Assembly (NCBI GenBank): GCA_965116495.1
Contig: OZ220696.1
Span: 1,600,001-1,664,000 of the forward strand
Source of the DNA: Gammaproteobacteria bacterium
GTDB taxonomy: Bacteria; Pseudomonadota; Gammaproteobacteria; Eutrophobiales; Eutrophobiaceae
Direction: 5' to 3'
Length of the DNA stretch: 64,000 nucleotides
Part shown: piece after piece, positions 1 through 9,651 of the stretch
Position numbering within the stretch: position 1 is the stretch's first letter
Layout of the letters: the number at the start of each line of letters is the position of its first letter
The notes under the pieces: model-generated
The model's database searches: none
Told to the model about the DNA's origin: nothing
What the model saw: the letters and a program-made list of their open reading frames with translations, nothing else
Translations under genes and position numbers: made by a program

Positions 1-1654
1 TGCCCCTGTCCACCACGATGATCCGATCTACCTTTTTTACGGTGGCAAGGCGGTGGGCAATCACTACCACCGTCCGGTTTACTATCAGCTTTTGCAATGC
101 CTGTTGCAACAGGTTCTCGCTTTCGGCGTCCAGCGAACTGGTTGCCTCGTCAAGCAACAATATCGGCGGATCTTTCAATACAGCCCTGGCTATGGCGATT
201 CGCTGCTGCTGGCCGCCGGACAGGCGGGCGCCTTTTTCGCCCAGGACGCTCTGGTAGCCCTGCGGCAGTTGCCCGATGAATTGGTCGGCATGGGCTGCCA
301 CCGCGGCGTTGACGACTTCCTCGTCCGTTGCCTGGGGATTGCCGAAGCGGATATTTTCCAGGACGCTACCGGAAAATAACACCGTTTGCTGGGGCACGAT
401 GCCGATCCGTTTCCTGAGCTTGCGCAGGTCCGCAGTGCGGATATCAACGCCGTCCAGCAGGATAGAACCGGAGCCGGGATCATAAAACCGCAGCAACAAC
501 TGGAACAGCGTGCTTTTGCCGGCGCCGGACGGCCCCACCAGCGCCAGGGTCTCACCGGGAGTGATATCCAGTGAAAACCCGTCCAATGCCAACTGCCCGG
601 GACGACTGGGGTAGCTGAAGCTGATGTTATCTATCAGCACATGGTTATTGCCGGCAGCGGGAAACGGGCGGCTTTCTCCTGAACTGGTAATTGCCGGCCT
701 CTGGTCGAGAATACCCATTAACCTTTCCATGGCTCCGGCCGCGCGCTGCACGTCGCTCCAGACTTCCCCTATCGCCGTCGTGCTGCCCGCGACCAGCGTT
801 GCATAAAACAGGAACTGTATCAGCGTACCTGCCGATACACTGCCGTCTATGACGAAACGGGCGCCGGTCCACAATACGACCACGATGGCGCTGAACGCGG
901 TTAAAACGATGATGCCTGATAACAGCGCCCCTATGGAAAGACGCCGTTTTGCCGCCTGGAAGGAGCGTTCCACGGCGTCACTGAAGCGGCGGCTTTGCAA
1001 TGATTCCATGGTAAATGCCTGGACGATATGGATTGCATTCAACACCTCCCCGGCTATCCCGCTGGAATCGGCCACCCGGTCCTGCGTTTCACGGGACAGT
1101 TTTCTCACTTTCTTTCCGTAGTACCAGACGGGTAGCACTACGACAGGCAATAAACCGAACAGCAACATGCTGAGGCGGGAACTGGTGACGAACAACATGA
1201 TCAGGCCGCCGGCCAGGATAAATGAGCTGCGCAAGGCGATGGAGACGCCGGCCCCAACCACGGACTGTACCAGGGTGGTGTCGGTGGTCAGCCTGGAGAG
1301 TACCTCGCCGGACTTGGTAACTTCAAAGAACGCCGGGTCCATTTTAATGACATGTTCGTACACGGCGGAGCGGATATCCGCGACCACCCGCTCGCCGATC
1401 CACATCACCGTGTAATAGCGTAATGACGAGGACAAGGCGTAGATCAGCGACAAAATCAATAACGCGATGAAATAGATATCAAGGGATTGGCCGTTTTCGC
1501 CGGAAAAACCGCGGTCAACAACCAGCCTGAGGGAGACCGGCATCGCCAGCGCAGCCAACGCGGCGATCGTCAGACAAGCCAGCGCGAACAATATCCTGCC
1601 CGTGTAAGGCTTCAGAAAAGGCAGGGAGCGCCGTAGTGGTTTAATCTGGGACAT
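1..1654 (-). CDS. ABC transporter permease/ATP-binding protein (ABCB/MsbA-like exporter), 3' end outside window
   Basis: Read by hand on the minus strand: starts MSQIKPLRRSLPFLKPY, then TM helices, Walker A GPSGAGKSTL and signature LSGGQQQRIAIARA; the frame runs off the left edge, so it is absent from the ORF track. Confidence 0.85.
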   Translation of the reverse strand, partial: MSQIKPLRRSLPFLKPYTGRILFALACLTIAALAALAMPVSLRLVVDRGFSGENGQSLDIYFIALLILSLIYALSSSLRYYTVMWIGERVVADIRSAVYEHVIKMDPAFFEVTKSGEVLSRLTTDTTLVQSVVGAGVSIALRSSFILAGGLIMLFVTSSRLSMLLFGLLPVVVLPVWYYGKKVRKLSRETQDRVADSSGIAGEVLNAIHIVQAFTMESLQSRRFSDAVERSFQAAKRRLSIGALLSGIIVLTAFSAIVVVLWTGARFVIDGSVSAGTLIQFLFYATLVAGSTTAIGEVWSDVQRAAGAMERLMGILDQRPAITSSGESRPFPAAGNNHVLIDNISFSYPSRPGQLALDGFSLDITPGETLALVGPSGAGKSTLFQLLLRFYDPGSGSILLDGVDIRTADLRKLRKRIGIVPQQTVLFSGSVLENIRFGNPQATDEEVVNAAVAAHADQFIGQLPQGYQSVLGEKGARLSGGQQQRIAIARAVLKDPPILLLDEATSSLDAESENLLQQALQKLIVNRTVVVIAHRLATVKKVDRIIVVDRG

Positions 1655-1659
1655 TTTAT

Positions 1660-1757
1660 CGTCATTCCATCCAAGGCCGGATTCCAATCAACAAATGGAC
1701 ATTATCATAGACAATGAAGTATTTTTCGACTGGATTCCGGCTTTCTCCGGAATGACG
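1660..1757. repeat. CGTC-type (dRS3-like) palindromic REP doublet
   Basis: CGTCATTCC...GGATTCCA left arm and CTGGATTCCGGC..CCGGAATGACG right arm; the spacer matches the reverse complement of the interior of the element at 17159-17256. Confidence 0.7.
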
Positions 1758-1805
1758 AACGAAGAAAACCGGTATGACGAACGATGGAAACCGGAATCAC
1801 ACTAT

Positions 1806-1847
1806 ATATTCGAGGTATAACTCACCATATTCGAGGTATAACTCACC
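1806..1847. repeat. Perfect 21-bp tandem duplication
   Basis: ATATTCGAGGTATAACTCACC twice, with no spacer. Confidence 0.9.
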
Positions 1848-1899
1848 GGTTTGTCAACTATGCTAGAATTACGTATCTGCGCCATACCGTTAAGGTACT

Positions 1900-2226
1900 A
1901 TGTCGAAAAAACCGATCTTCAAAGTAATATTTCATAACCAGGGCAAGATATACGAAATCTATGCCCGAAATGTCCAGCAGGGCGCCATGTTCGGTTTTGT
2001 CGAGATCGAAAACCTGGTATTCGGGGGAAAAAATGCACTGGTGGTCGACCCCACGGAAGAAAACCTGAAATCCGAGTTTAATCACGTCACCCGCACATAC
2101 ATCCCCATGCATTCCGTCGTCCGGATTGACGAAATGGACAAGCAGGGTAGCGCCAAGATAACGGAATTCGACGATAAAGAAAAAAATATCATGCCTTTCC
2201 CGCTGTACACCAAGGGCGGAGAATAG
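1900..2226 (+). CDS. DUF1820 family protein, copy 1
   Basis: KVIFHNQGKIYEIYAR...VVDPTEE.L..EF..V.RTYIPMHSV.RIDE family pattern. Confidence 0.8.
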   Translation: MSKKPIFKVIFHNQGKIYEIYARNVQQGAMFGFVEIENLVFGGKNALVVDPTEENLKSEFNHVTRTYIPMHSVVRIDEMDKQGSAKITEFDDKEKNIMPFPLYTKGGE

Positions 2227-2245
2227 GGAATAGCGGTCTGCTGCA

Positions 2246-3247
2246 ATGTGGATGGATTTTCTGTATGAATACGGCCTGTTCCTGGTAAAGTTCGGAACGG
2301 TAATCGGCGGGGTGGCAGTGATTGCCTTTCTCGTCACTATGCTGAGAATGCGCAGCAGGGTTGGGCAGGACGGACACCTGGAAGTCAAACACGTCAACCA
2401 GAAATTTGACCATGCGAAGCTGATGCTGGAAGCTGCGACCCTGCCCAAGGGAAGCTTTAAAAAATCCGAGAAAGCATATAAGGAGAAACAGAAAAAGGCT
2501 GAAAAATCAGTCGGCAAGGACAGAAAGCGTATTTTTGTGATCAATTTTAAAGGTGATGTCCGGGCGGATGAAGTCGCTTCCTTGAGGGAAGAAATTTCCG
2601 CCATCCTGACAACGGCCGGCAACGCGGATGAGGTCCTTGTAATCCTGGAAAGTGGTGGCGGCACAGTGCATGGTTACGGACTTGCCGCATCGCAACTGGG
2701 AAGGATAAGGGAAAAAGGCATCAACCTGACGGTCGCAGTCGACAAGCTCGCAGCCAGCGGCGGCTACATGATGGCCTGTGTCGCCAACAGTGTCATTGCG
2801 GCGCCGTTCGCTATCATAGGCTCCATCGGTGTACTGGCGCAGATTCCCAATTTTCACAAGCTGCTGAAGAAACACGATATTGATTTTGAGCAGATATCCG
2901 CCGGCAAATATAAGCGGACCTTGACGCTGTTCGGTAAAAATACGCAAGCGGACCGGGAAAAATTGCGCGCAGAAATCGAAGAAACCCACGAGCTTTTCAA
3001 ACAGTTTGTACGGGAAAACCGCGTGCAGGTCGACGTGGAGGAGATTTCAACCGGGGAACACTGGCACGGCAAAAAAGCCCTGGAACTGGGACTTGTGGAC
3101 GCCCTTAAGACCAGCGATGATTACCTGGGTGAAGCGGCAGAATCCGCTGATATCTATGAAATAAGGTTTGCGCGTAAAAAGTCCTTTTCGGAAAAACTGT
3201 TTTCATCTGCGGCCAAACTGTTTCATGATGAATTCAGTAATTTCTGA
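2246..3247 (+). CDS. sohB: Protease SohB (peptidase S49)
   Basis: N-terminal TM segment, LESGGGTVHGYGLAASQL, AASGGYMMACVA, GSIGV, AGKYKRTLT. Confidence 0.92.
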   Translation: MWMDFLYEYGLFLVKFGTVIGGVAVIAFLVTMLRMRSRVGQDGHLEVKHVNQKFDHAKLMLEAATLPKGSFKKSEKAYKEKQKKAEKSVGKDRKRIFVINFKGDVRADEVASLREEISAILTTAGNADEVLVILESGGGTVHGYGLAASQLGRIREKGINLTVAVDKLAASGGYMMACVANSVIAAPFAIIGSIGVLAQIPNFHKLLKKHDIDFEQISAGKYKRTLTLFGKNTQADREKLRAEIEETHELFKQFVRENRVQVDVEEISTGEHWHGKKALELGLVDALKTSDDYLGEAAESADIYEIRFARKKSFSEKLFSSAAKLFHDEFSNF

Positions 3248-3292
3248 GATGTGCTAAAATTAAACACTTGCACACCATTCGGTTAAGGAACC

Positions 3293-3619
3293 ATGCCAAA
3301 AAAACCGACCTACAAAGTCATATTTCATAACCAGGGCAAAATTTATGAGATCTATGCCCGGAATGTCCACCAGGGGGCCATTTTCGGTTTCATCGAAATC
3401 GAAAAACTCGTGTTTGGAGAAAAAGATTCGCTGGTGGTAGATCCGACGGAGGAAAATCTGAGATCGGAATTCAGCCATGTCACCCGCACTTACATTCCCA
3501 TGCATTCCGTTATCCGGATTGACGAAATGGACAGGCAAGGTATTGCCAAGATAACGGAATTTGACGAAACAGGGAAAAACATCATGCCTTTTCCGCTCTA
3601 CACGAAGGGTGGAGAATAA
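3293..3619 (+). CDS. DUF1820 family protein, copy 2
   Basis: 108 aa; 90/108 residues identical to 1900..2226 by manual alignment. Confidence 0.8.
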   Translation: MPKKPTYKVIFHNQGKIYEIYARNVHQGAIFGFIEIEKLVFGEKDSLVVDPTEENLRSEFSHVTRTYIPMHSVIRIDEMDRQGIAKITEFDETGKNIMPFPLYTKGGE

Positions 3620-3743
3620 CTCAACTGACACCGTTCGAGAACGGGGACTCATGCTGCAGTTCCCCGGGTTATAACACTCCAAAACACCGTAAACAGGCTG
3701 CTTGCCGCGTCCCATCGACGAAAGAAAAGGATACTGTCCACTC

Positions 3744-4913
3744 GTGGAGATTACCATCAAACAGACAAACAGCCTCAACCACGTTGATAAAACAAAATGG
3801 GATCAACTGGATATCGATGGCAACCCGTTTCTGAAATATGAATTCCTGGAAGGCCTGGAACGCTTCAAGTGCCTGGAAGGACATGGCTGGGAGCCTTGCC
3901 ACCTGCTGGTATCAACTGAAGACACGCTGCTGGGGGCGATGCCGCTGTATATCAGGGACAACTCGCATGGGGAGTTCGTGTTTGACTGGGCCTGGGCTGA
4001 TGCCTTTGAAAAAGCCGGCGGCAGGTATTATCCCAAGCTGGTATCGGCCATCCCCTTCACACCCGTATGCGGCCCGCGCATACTCATCAACCGGTCTGCG
4101 GGTAAAGACCGGGATACCAAGGCGTTAATCATCAGAACGGCGACGGAACTGGCCGAACGCGCACGCGTGTCCTCGCTCCATTGCCTGTTTGCCGAGAAAG
4201 ACGACCAGGAAGTCCTGGCGGACAGCGGCCTGTTGTTGCGCAAAACCTGCCAGTTTCACTGGCATAACCGCAACTACCGGGATTTCAACGACTTTCTGCA
4301 GGGTATGACTTCCAAGCGGCGCAAGCAGGTAAGGCGGGAACGCAAAGCAATCAGGGATGCAGATATCGAGATAGTGCGACTGCGCGGCGCCGACATCACC
4401 GAGGAACACTGGGCCGTATTTTATGAGTTCTACTGCAATACATTCTACAGCCGCTGGGGCAACCCCCGCCTGACACTGGATTTTTTCCACCACCTGAGCA
4501 CGGCCCTGCCCGATAACACCCTGTTGATACTGGCAAAACAGGGCACGGAGTACGTCGCCGGCGCCTTTGCCATGATGAGCGATACCACCTTGTATGGCAG
4601 ACACTGGGGCTGCAACAAGTACCTCGCCAACCTGCATTTTGAGTTGTGCTACTACCAGACTATCGATTATTGCCTGGAAAACGGGCTAAGTTCGGTTGAT
4701 GCGGGGGTCCAGGGCGAACATAAGCTGAACCGGGGGTTTGAACCGTTCCTGGCCGTGTCCGGCCACTGGATCCACCATCACGGTTTCCGTAATGCGATAG
4801 ACAATTACCTGCAACAGGAGTCCGCACAGATGAATGCTTATCTCGACACCCTTAAAGAGCACTTGCCATTCAGGGAGATCGACTGTGAAATCAAAGGGGA
4901 CAGACTCGATTGA
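3744..4913 (+). CDS. DUF482/FemAB-like GNAT family protein
   Basis: SHGEFVFDWAWA, YYPKLVSAIPFTP, LYGRHWG, LHFELCYYQ, GVQGEHK motifs; a GTG start at 3744 after AAGGA is preferred over 3702. Confidence 0.85.
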   Translation: MEITIKQTNSLNHVDKTKWDQLDIDGNPFLKYEFLEGLERFKCLEGHGWEPCHLLVSTEDTLLGAMPLYIRDNSHGEFVFDWAWADAFEKAGGRYYPKLVSAIPFTPVCGPRILINRSAGKDRDTKALIIRTATELAERARVSSLHCLFAEKDDQEVLADSGLLLRKTCQFHWHNRNYRDFNDFLQGMTSKRRKQVRRERKAIRDADIEIVRLRGADITEEHWAVFYEFYCNTFYSRWGNPRLTLDFFHHLSTALPDNTLLILAKQGTEYVAGAFAMMSDTTLYGRHWGCNKYLANLHFELCYYQTIDYCLENGLSSVDAGVQGEHKLNRGFEPFLAVSGHWIHHHGFRNAIDNYLQQESAQMNAYLDTLKEHLPFREIDCEIKGDRLD

Positions 4914-4976
4914 TTTTACAACAGCCGTAGAATTAATGGGGTTTGGAAATCAATCGAGTCTGGCTCCATTGATTTT
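4888..4976. repeat. Inverted repeat with GGGG(A/T)CAGACTCGATTGA arms
   Basis: About 30-bp imperfect arms at 4888-4917 and 4947-4976; a single arm recurs at 40387-40410. Confidence 0.75.
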
Positions 4977-4979
4977 GAT

Positions 4980-6128
4980 TTAGCAACTGAAGGGGCCCGC
5001 GCACCAATTTGCCAGTGCATCCGGTATGGGCGCCTGGTTCTGCTCATGACGGTACCCGGATGAGGCCGGGTAGGCATGCCTTCTAAGGCGGTTCAATTGT
5101 CCCAGGGGACGGTGTTCCGGCAGGGAATGCCACGGTGCAAACGACAGGTTCTCGCAGAATTGAGCCTGCTCCGCACCCGAGAAATCCTGTTTGGGAATGG
5201 TAATCGTGGCCAGGGGTATAAACGGGGCATCCTCCTCAGACCACTCCCGGGTTGCATCATCCAGGGACATGTCAGCATTGCCAGCCTGCTGTACCTGTAC
5301 CTGGAAGATGAAACAACCACCTGTGCCGGCCAGTTCTTCCTGCAACTGATCCCGTAGAAAGTCGGGCTTCGTATTCTCATCGATGATCGGTTCCCGGTCA
5401 GTCCGGCTGTTGCAGGGGCGGGCGCTGAACTTGATGTTGTGGGGGCCCAGCCTGTACGGCGTAATGCTGTAATAAGCGGGGTCCAGCAGGCTCGCCGGCG
5501 GGGGGGAGAGCACGCGTTTTCCGGCGAGCAATTCCCTGATGCGCCAGTTGAACGGATTCCAGCCCGGGAAAAAGAATGCTTTCAGGTTCTCCGGGTTGGC
5601 AACGTAAAAATTATAATCCGGCATATTCCTGACGAAAAACACGGGCGTGTTTGCCATCAGGAAGTCCTGTGTCGCACTATCGGCATCACTCTGTTGCAGG
5701 GGTTGCCCGTTTATTTCCATCAGCTTGAGCGCCATACCCCTGGCATCGTTCTTGTAATCGTTGCTGGTTTTCAGATCATAATGACCGTTTGAAAACCGTA
5801 CCCAGCTTTTGTAACGTTTGCCCGGTTGGGAAAACACGCCGTAACTGTAGTCGCTGCGAATATCCTCCAGCACATCGAAATAAGACCGCAGGCAGGCATG
5901 CGCCTTGGCATGCGCGCCGCGGGCCACGTAACCGGTCCGATAGTCCTCCACCAGCTTTTGAAAACCTGCCCGGGTGGCAGCCGCCTGCTGCGCTTCATCC
6001 TCCCTGAATACCTCCCGGCTGTAATCAACCTCCGTACAAGCAATCAGAATAACGGCAAAAACCAGCACAGACACGGCCCTCAGGCAACTGATAAACAGCC
6101 TGTTTACATAGCAAATGCTGATTCGCAT
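4980..6128 (-). CDS. Catalase-related (small, y4iL/allene-oxide-synthase-like) heme lipoprotein
   Basis: Distal His in RGAHAKAHAC, RFSN, DARGMALK, QDFLMANTPVFF, proximal Tyr in RLRRHAY; lipobox-like LIAC. Confidence 0.8.
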   Translation of the reverse strand: MRISICYVNRLFISCLRAVSVLVFAVILIACTEVDYSREVFREDEAQQAAATRAGFQKLVEDYRTGYVARGAHAKAHACLRSYFDVLEDIRSDYSYGVFSQPGKRYKSWVRFSNGHYDLKTSNDYKNDARGMALKLMEINGQPLQQSDADSATQDFLMANTPVFFVRNMPDYNFYVANPENLKAFFFPGWNPFNWRIRELLAGKRVLSPPPASLLDPAYYSITPYRLGPHNIKFSARPCNSRTDREPIIDENTKPDFLRDQLQEELAGTGGCFIFQVQVQQAGNADMSLDDATREWSEEDAPFIPLATITIPKQDFSGAEQAQFCENLSFAPWHSLPEHRPLGQLNRLRRHAYPASSGYRHEQNQAPIPDALANWCAGPFSC

Positions 6129-6145
6129 AATCCTGACCTGATTCC

Positions 6146-6270
6146 AATTAAGAATTAAAAATTACGAATTTGGAATGAATGTGCCGCCTGCGGCGGCTGA
6201 GTATTGTGATAACTCCAATTCCTAATTCTTAATTCCTAATTCCTAATTCTTAATTCTTAATTCTTAATTA
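6146..6270. repeat. Heptamer tandem repeats (AATTC[C/T]T and the complementary AATTA[A/C]G type) around a GCCGCCTGCGGCGGC palindrome
   Basis: Directly visible run aattcct aattctt aattcct aattcct aattctt aattctt aattctt. Confidence 0.85.
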
Positions 6271-7989
6271 CAGTGTCTTCATATATTCCAGCAATGATCC
6301 GATTTCCGCATCGGTCAGGGGAGGCATGCCGTCTGCGCCGGTACCGTACTCATGTCCTGCATTGCTGTTGCCCGGCAGGCTGGTGTCAAACAGGAATACG
6401 CCAGGCCCTGGCCGGTTAACATAGCCCACTCGTACCGGATCGTATTCCCAGGAACCTATGTGAAACGTCCTGCTCCGGTCGGCAGCCGGCAGCAGGAGTT
6501 CGTACAGGTTCGGCACCGAGCCGTTATGCAGGTACGGCGCCCCGGTCCAGATGCCGTTCAACGGCCTCGCCTTGTACGCCAGCAAGGCCCGGTCGGACAC
6601 TTCCTTGCCATGCTCCAGGATGTCCCCGTCAAGGTACTTGGGCGGATGTATCACGTCGGGATGACCCATTTTTTCGGCATCCCGGATAGCCAGCAGGCTT
6701 TGCAGCGGATTGTTTCTCAGGACCCCGCCCATCAGGTTGTTCGCCACGTACAAGGCAGGTTCTTCGGCGCCCATGATCGCACCGGCAAAGTAGAACCTGG
6801 GCTTATCCCTGAATATGCCGGTCTTCCCGCGCAACTGGAGCACATTCTCCGCCATTTTCGGATCGGTCCCCAGCTTCTCCAGGCTGCCCATTCTCACCTG
6901 TATCTTGCGCCGGGGATCGGTGCGATCGATGTCCTGGTGACAAACCAGGCAATATTGCCCGTACAATCTCCGCCCCTGCGCTGCCTGACCCTGATCGATG
7001 GCGGGGAAAAATTCCGGCCACAGGGGTGATTGCAGTTCGGCCACCTTTTTTTCAACGGCGCGCAGGTTACGCGTATGCACGGACGAGGCATATCCCGCAT
7101 CGTAGAAATACAGCCAGGTCGCCGGGGTCGTCTCCACCCTGCCGAACACCCCGATTACTTCACCGACGTTCCTTGCCAGCGCGCCGATATTGGAATTGGC
7201 CTGGGAACCGTTCCACTCCACGTAGTCATGCTGCGGGGTATCCCACAGGTAGGGATAGCTGGTAGGGGCATCAGGCTCGTTGAAATTGCCTTCCACTCCG
7301 GTCGCCGCCAGGCCTTTATTGAGGATTGCGCCGAATGCATCCAACCGGGTATAGCCATATGGGACGCGGGTATGGTTACGGCGGTTGGTATCGCTTACCC
7401 GGGCGTGTTCCACGTCGAGCAGCTGTTTCAACTCGAGAAATTCCTTCTGCGTGGGTCCGTCAGCATAATACCGCCTTCCCAGCCGGGTCAATTTTTCACT
7501 GTCCACGGCAGTCGCCGAGAGTGATTTCTGCAGGTGGCCCAGGAACATTTGCAGGTCCAGCATCGCCTGACCGCCGTCAATGCGCAGCAACTTGCCGTCA
7601 TAGCGAATGTGCTGGGTATGACAGGCCGCACAGGTCAACCCGACATTGTCGCCGTCCCGTGCAAACCCGACGGGCAATGCGCCAGGGTTCATTTTCGACT
7701 TCTCTCCGGGCAGAAAGCCGAAGCGCATCATGTTGAGCGGGTCGCTCAATAACGCCGTGTTGTCGTGTTGCTCCAGGCGGATGAACAGTTCGTAAGACAG
7801 CAGGTTCGAACCCTGGTTAAGGTGATAAAACCACTGTCGGTCGGCATCATCCCAGTTCTGCTCCAGGTAAATGATATTGCCGGGGTCCAACGCCGCTTCA
7901 TCCTGCAGGCCGGTAAGCCGCTCTGCCTGCGCCCCAACGCTGAATAAAGACAGCGCAAGGATAAGGGATTGTGAGGTCTGGCTGGACAT
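6268..7989 (-). CDS. Exported di-heme cytochrome c protein, RoxA-like/di-heme peroxidase family
   Basis: Sec signal ending GAQA, two CxxCH motifs (CAACH, CLVCH), YKARPLNGIW..APYLHNGSVPNL motif, C-terminal GNSNAGHEYG. Confidence 0.82.
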   Translation of the reverse strand: MSSQTSQSLILALSLFSVGAQAERLTGLQDEAALDPGNIIYLEQNWDDADRQWFYHLNQGSNLLSYELFIRLEQHDNTALLSDPLNMMRFGFLPGEKSKMNPGALPVGFARDGDNVGLTCAACHTQHIRYDGKLLRIDGGQAMLDLQMFLGHLQKSLSATAVDSEKLTRLGRRYYADGPTQKEFLELKQLLDVEHARVSDTNRRNHTRVPYGYTRLDAFGAILNKGLAATGVEGNFNEPDAPTSYPYLWDTPQHDYVEWNGSQANSNIGALARNVGEVIGVFGRVETTPATWLYFYDAGYASSVHTRNLRAVEKKVAELQSPLWPEFFPAIDQGQAAQGRRLYGQYCLVCHQDIDRTDPRRKIQVRMGSLEKLGTDPKMAENVLQLRGKTGIFRDKPRFYFAGAIMGAEEPALYVANNLMGGVLRNNPLQSLLAIRDAEKMGHPDVIHPPKYLDGDILEHGKEVSDRALLAYKARPLNGIWTGAPYLHNGSVPNLYELLLPAADRSRTFHIGSWEYDPVRVGYVNRPGPGVFLFDTSLPGNSNAGHEYGTGADGMPPLTDAEIGSLLEYMKTL

Positions 7990-8039
7990 GATTCAATCAA
8001 GAATTGTAAATCATTGCGATCAGACTGCACATTCTACAC

Positions 8040-8085
8040 AATTCCTAATTCGTAATTCCTAATTCCTAATTCGTAATTCCTAATT
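8040..8085. repeat. Heptamer tandem repeat AATTC[C/G]T, about 6 units
   Basis: aattcct aattcgt aattcct aattcct aattcgt aattcct. Confidence 0.9.
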
Positions 8086-8088
8086 GAC

Positions 8089-9468
8089 TTAATCAAGCGC
8101 CAGCAGGGTATGCAGCAGGTTATCCCTGAAACTGATATTGCCTGTCAGGCTATTGTGTTTTTCACACAAAAGGAATACGTGATGCAGGGGGAAATAACTG
8201 TATTTGTGGCGCGGCACGCTGGGGTCGAGAGTATTCCGGCCCAGCAGGGACGCCTTGGTGACAGCCCCGTCTCCAGGCTCCAGCAACAGGGCATCATAAT
8301 CCACTCCCGGGACGGGCTGGGTAACCTCATCGGGGTACATGCGGATTTCCGAGACCCCGGCCACCTCTTCGACCAGTATCCGGGCCGGGGTCAGGGCACA
8401 GTCCCCGCCAAAGACAATCAGTCCGGGGTGTCCTTCCGGCAACGGCACGGTCAGTGACCAGACAAAGCGCCTGGCCCGCTCCAGTGACTTCTCGAAATAA
8501 GCCTCCAGGGTTTTAAGATAGGCCTCACCTTCGGCGGCAAGGGCATACCGGGACCGGATGCGTTGGCGCGTTCCCTCGTCAAAGATCGACCACTTGAAAC
8601 GGCGCCAGGTATTTACGTCAAATATGTCACGCTTCAGGGGAGTCCCGTCGCTGGTTACGATCCAGTTATTCAGCGGGTGGGGCAACAACTGGTACAGACT
8701 CGGCATGGTCACCAGGGTTTCCGTACTGATCTTCCTGAAACCCGGCTTGATCCCGTCGATAAAGGTATTCAGTATTTTCACCGAACCCAGGTTGGGAGTC
8801 CCCAGCAGGATAACCCGCCTGACCCTCTCCGCGCCGTATAAATTCACCGGGAAATCATTACTGCCCAGCACGTCGGCGCGCCCGTAACGGATAAAGTAAC
8901 GGGCGACCAGGCCTCCCATACTGTGCGCGATGATATCGACCTTCAAGCGGGGGTTGCCATGGTCCAGCCTGATCTGCTCGATGAAATCCGCCAGGCGCGC
9001 GGCGTTGATCACGTTATCCAGGCGCCAGTCGTAATAAAACGGGTAATAATATTTTGTATTCGGCTGGACTTTCCGGCCGGGCAGCGCCTTCTCATATTCC
9101 CCCACTTCCTCCAGGGTCCGCAGTATATGCCCGTAGTAGTCCTTGCCGGCAGTGTTGTCGGCAATGGCAAACGCTGTCAGTTCACTGGGTTCGGGCTCCA
9201 GGGTGTCGGGGTTGACCTGCAAAGCCAGGTCATGGTGTTTATCGAACAGCAGCTTCCACAGAGAACCGAACCATAATTCCTTGTCGGTTTCCTTGTGTTT
9301 GAGCTTGCTGCCCAGGATTCCATGGATGAAAACGACCGGGGGTTGATCTTCCACCGCCATGCTTTGCATGTACAGGCGCTGCAAATCAGGCTTTGTCGAG
9401 GCAATAAAGAAGTGGTTGCCGAGCAGGGCAATTATGGCGCCGAATGCTATGTAAACCAAGCGTTTCAA
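8089..9468 (-). CDS. LCAT/PGAP1-like lipase/phospholipase (alpha/beta hydrolase) with N-terminal signal or anchor
   Basis: VVFIHGILGS, YDWR, nucleophile elbow AHSMGG, GTPNLGS, PGDGAV, C-terminal His in EKHNSL. Confidence 0.8.
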   Translation of the reverse strand: MKRLVYIAFGAIIALLGNHFFIASTKPDLQRLYMQSMAVEDQPPVVFIHGILGSKLKHKETDKELWFGSLWKLLFDKHHDLALQVNPDTLEPEPSELTAFAIADNTAGKDYYGHILRTLEEVGEYEKALPGRKVQPNTKYYYPFYYDWRLDNVINAARLADFIEQIRLDHGNPRLKVDIIAHSMGGLVARYFIRYGRADVLGSNDFPVNLYGAERVRRVILLGTPNLGSVKILNTFIDGIKPGFRKISTETLVTMPSLYQLLPHPLNNWIVTSDGTPLKRDIFDVNTWRRFKWSIFDEGTRQRIRSRYALAAEGEAYLKTLEAYFEKSLERARRFVWSLTVPLPEGHPGLIVFGGDCALTPARILVEEVAGVSEIRMYPDEVTQPVPGVDYDALLLEPGDGAVTKASLLGRNTLDPSVPRHKYSYFPLHHVFLLCEKHNSLTGNISFRDNLLHTLLALD

Positions 9469-9651
9469 TATGTAGGCCGATACGTAGTTACGTTACAGAA
9501 ATCCCTGACATGATCAGAGGTTCATATTCAGTAAGACTCGTTTCCCTCGCATTGGTTCGCGCATATATGCTTTTGTCGCATACTTCGGGCTAGGGGAATA
9601 TTAGCGTATAATATTTGAAATTCAAAAATTATCGATTAGCATCCGCAGATT

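Noticed and set aside
1747-1847. CRISPR array
   Set aside because: The repeats are directly adjacent with no unique spacers, and there are no cas genes
1858-2664. 268-aa minus-strand ORF (also 3260..3778)
   Set aside because: Antisense shadows of DUF1820 and sohB; their mutual similarity only reflects the duplication
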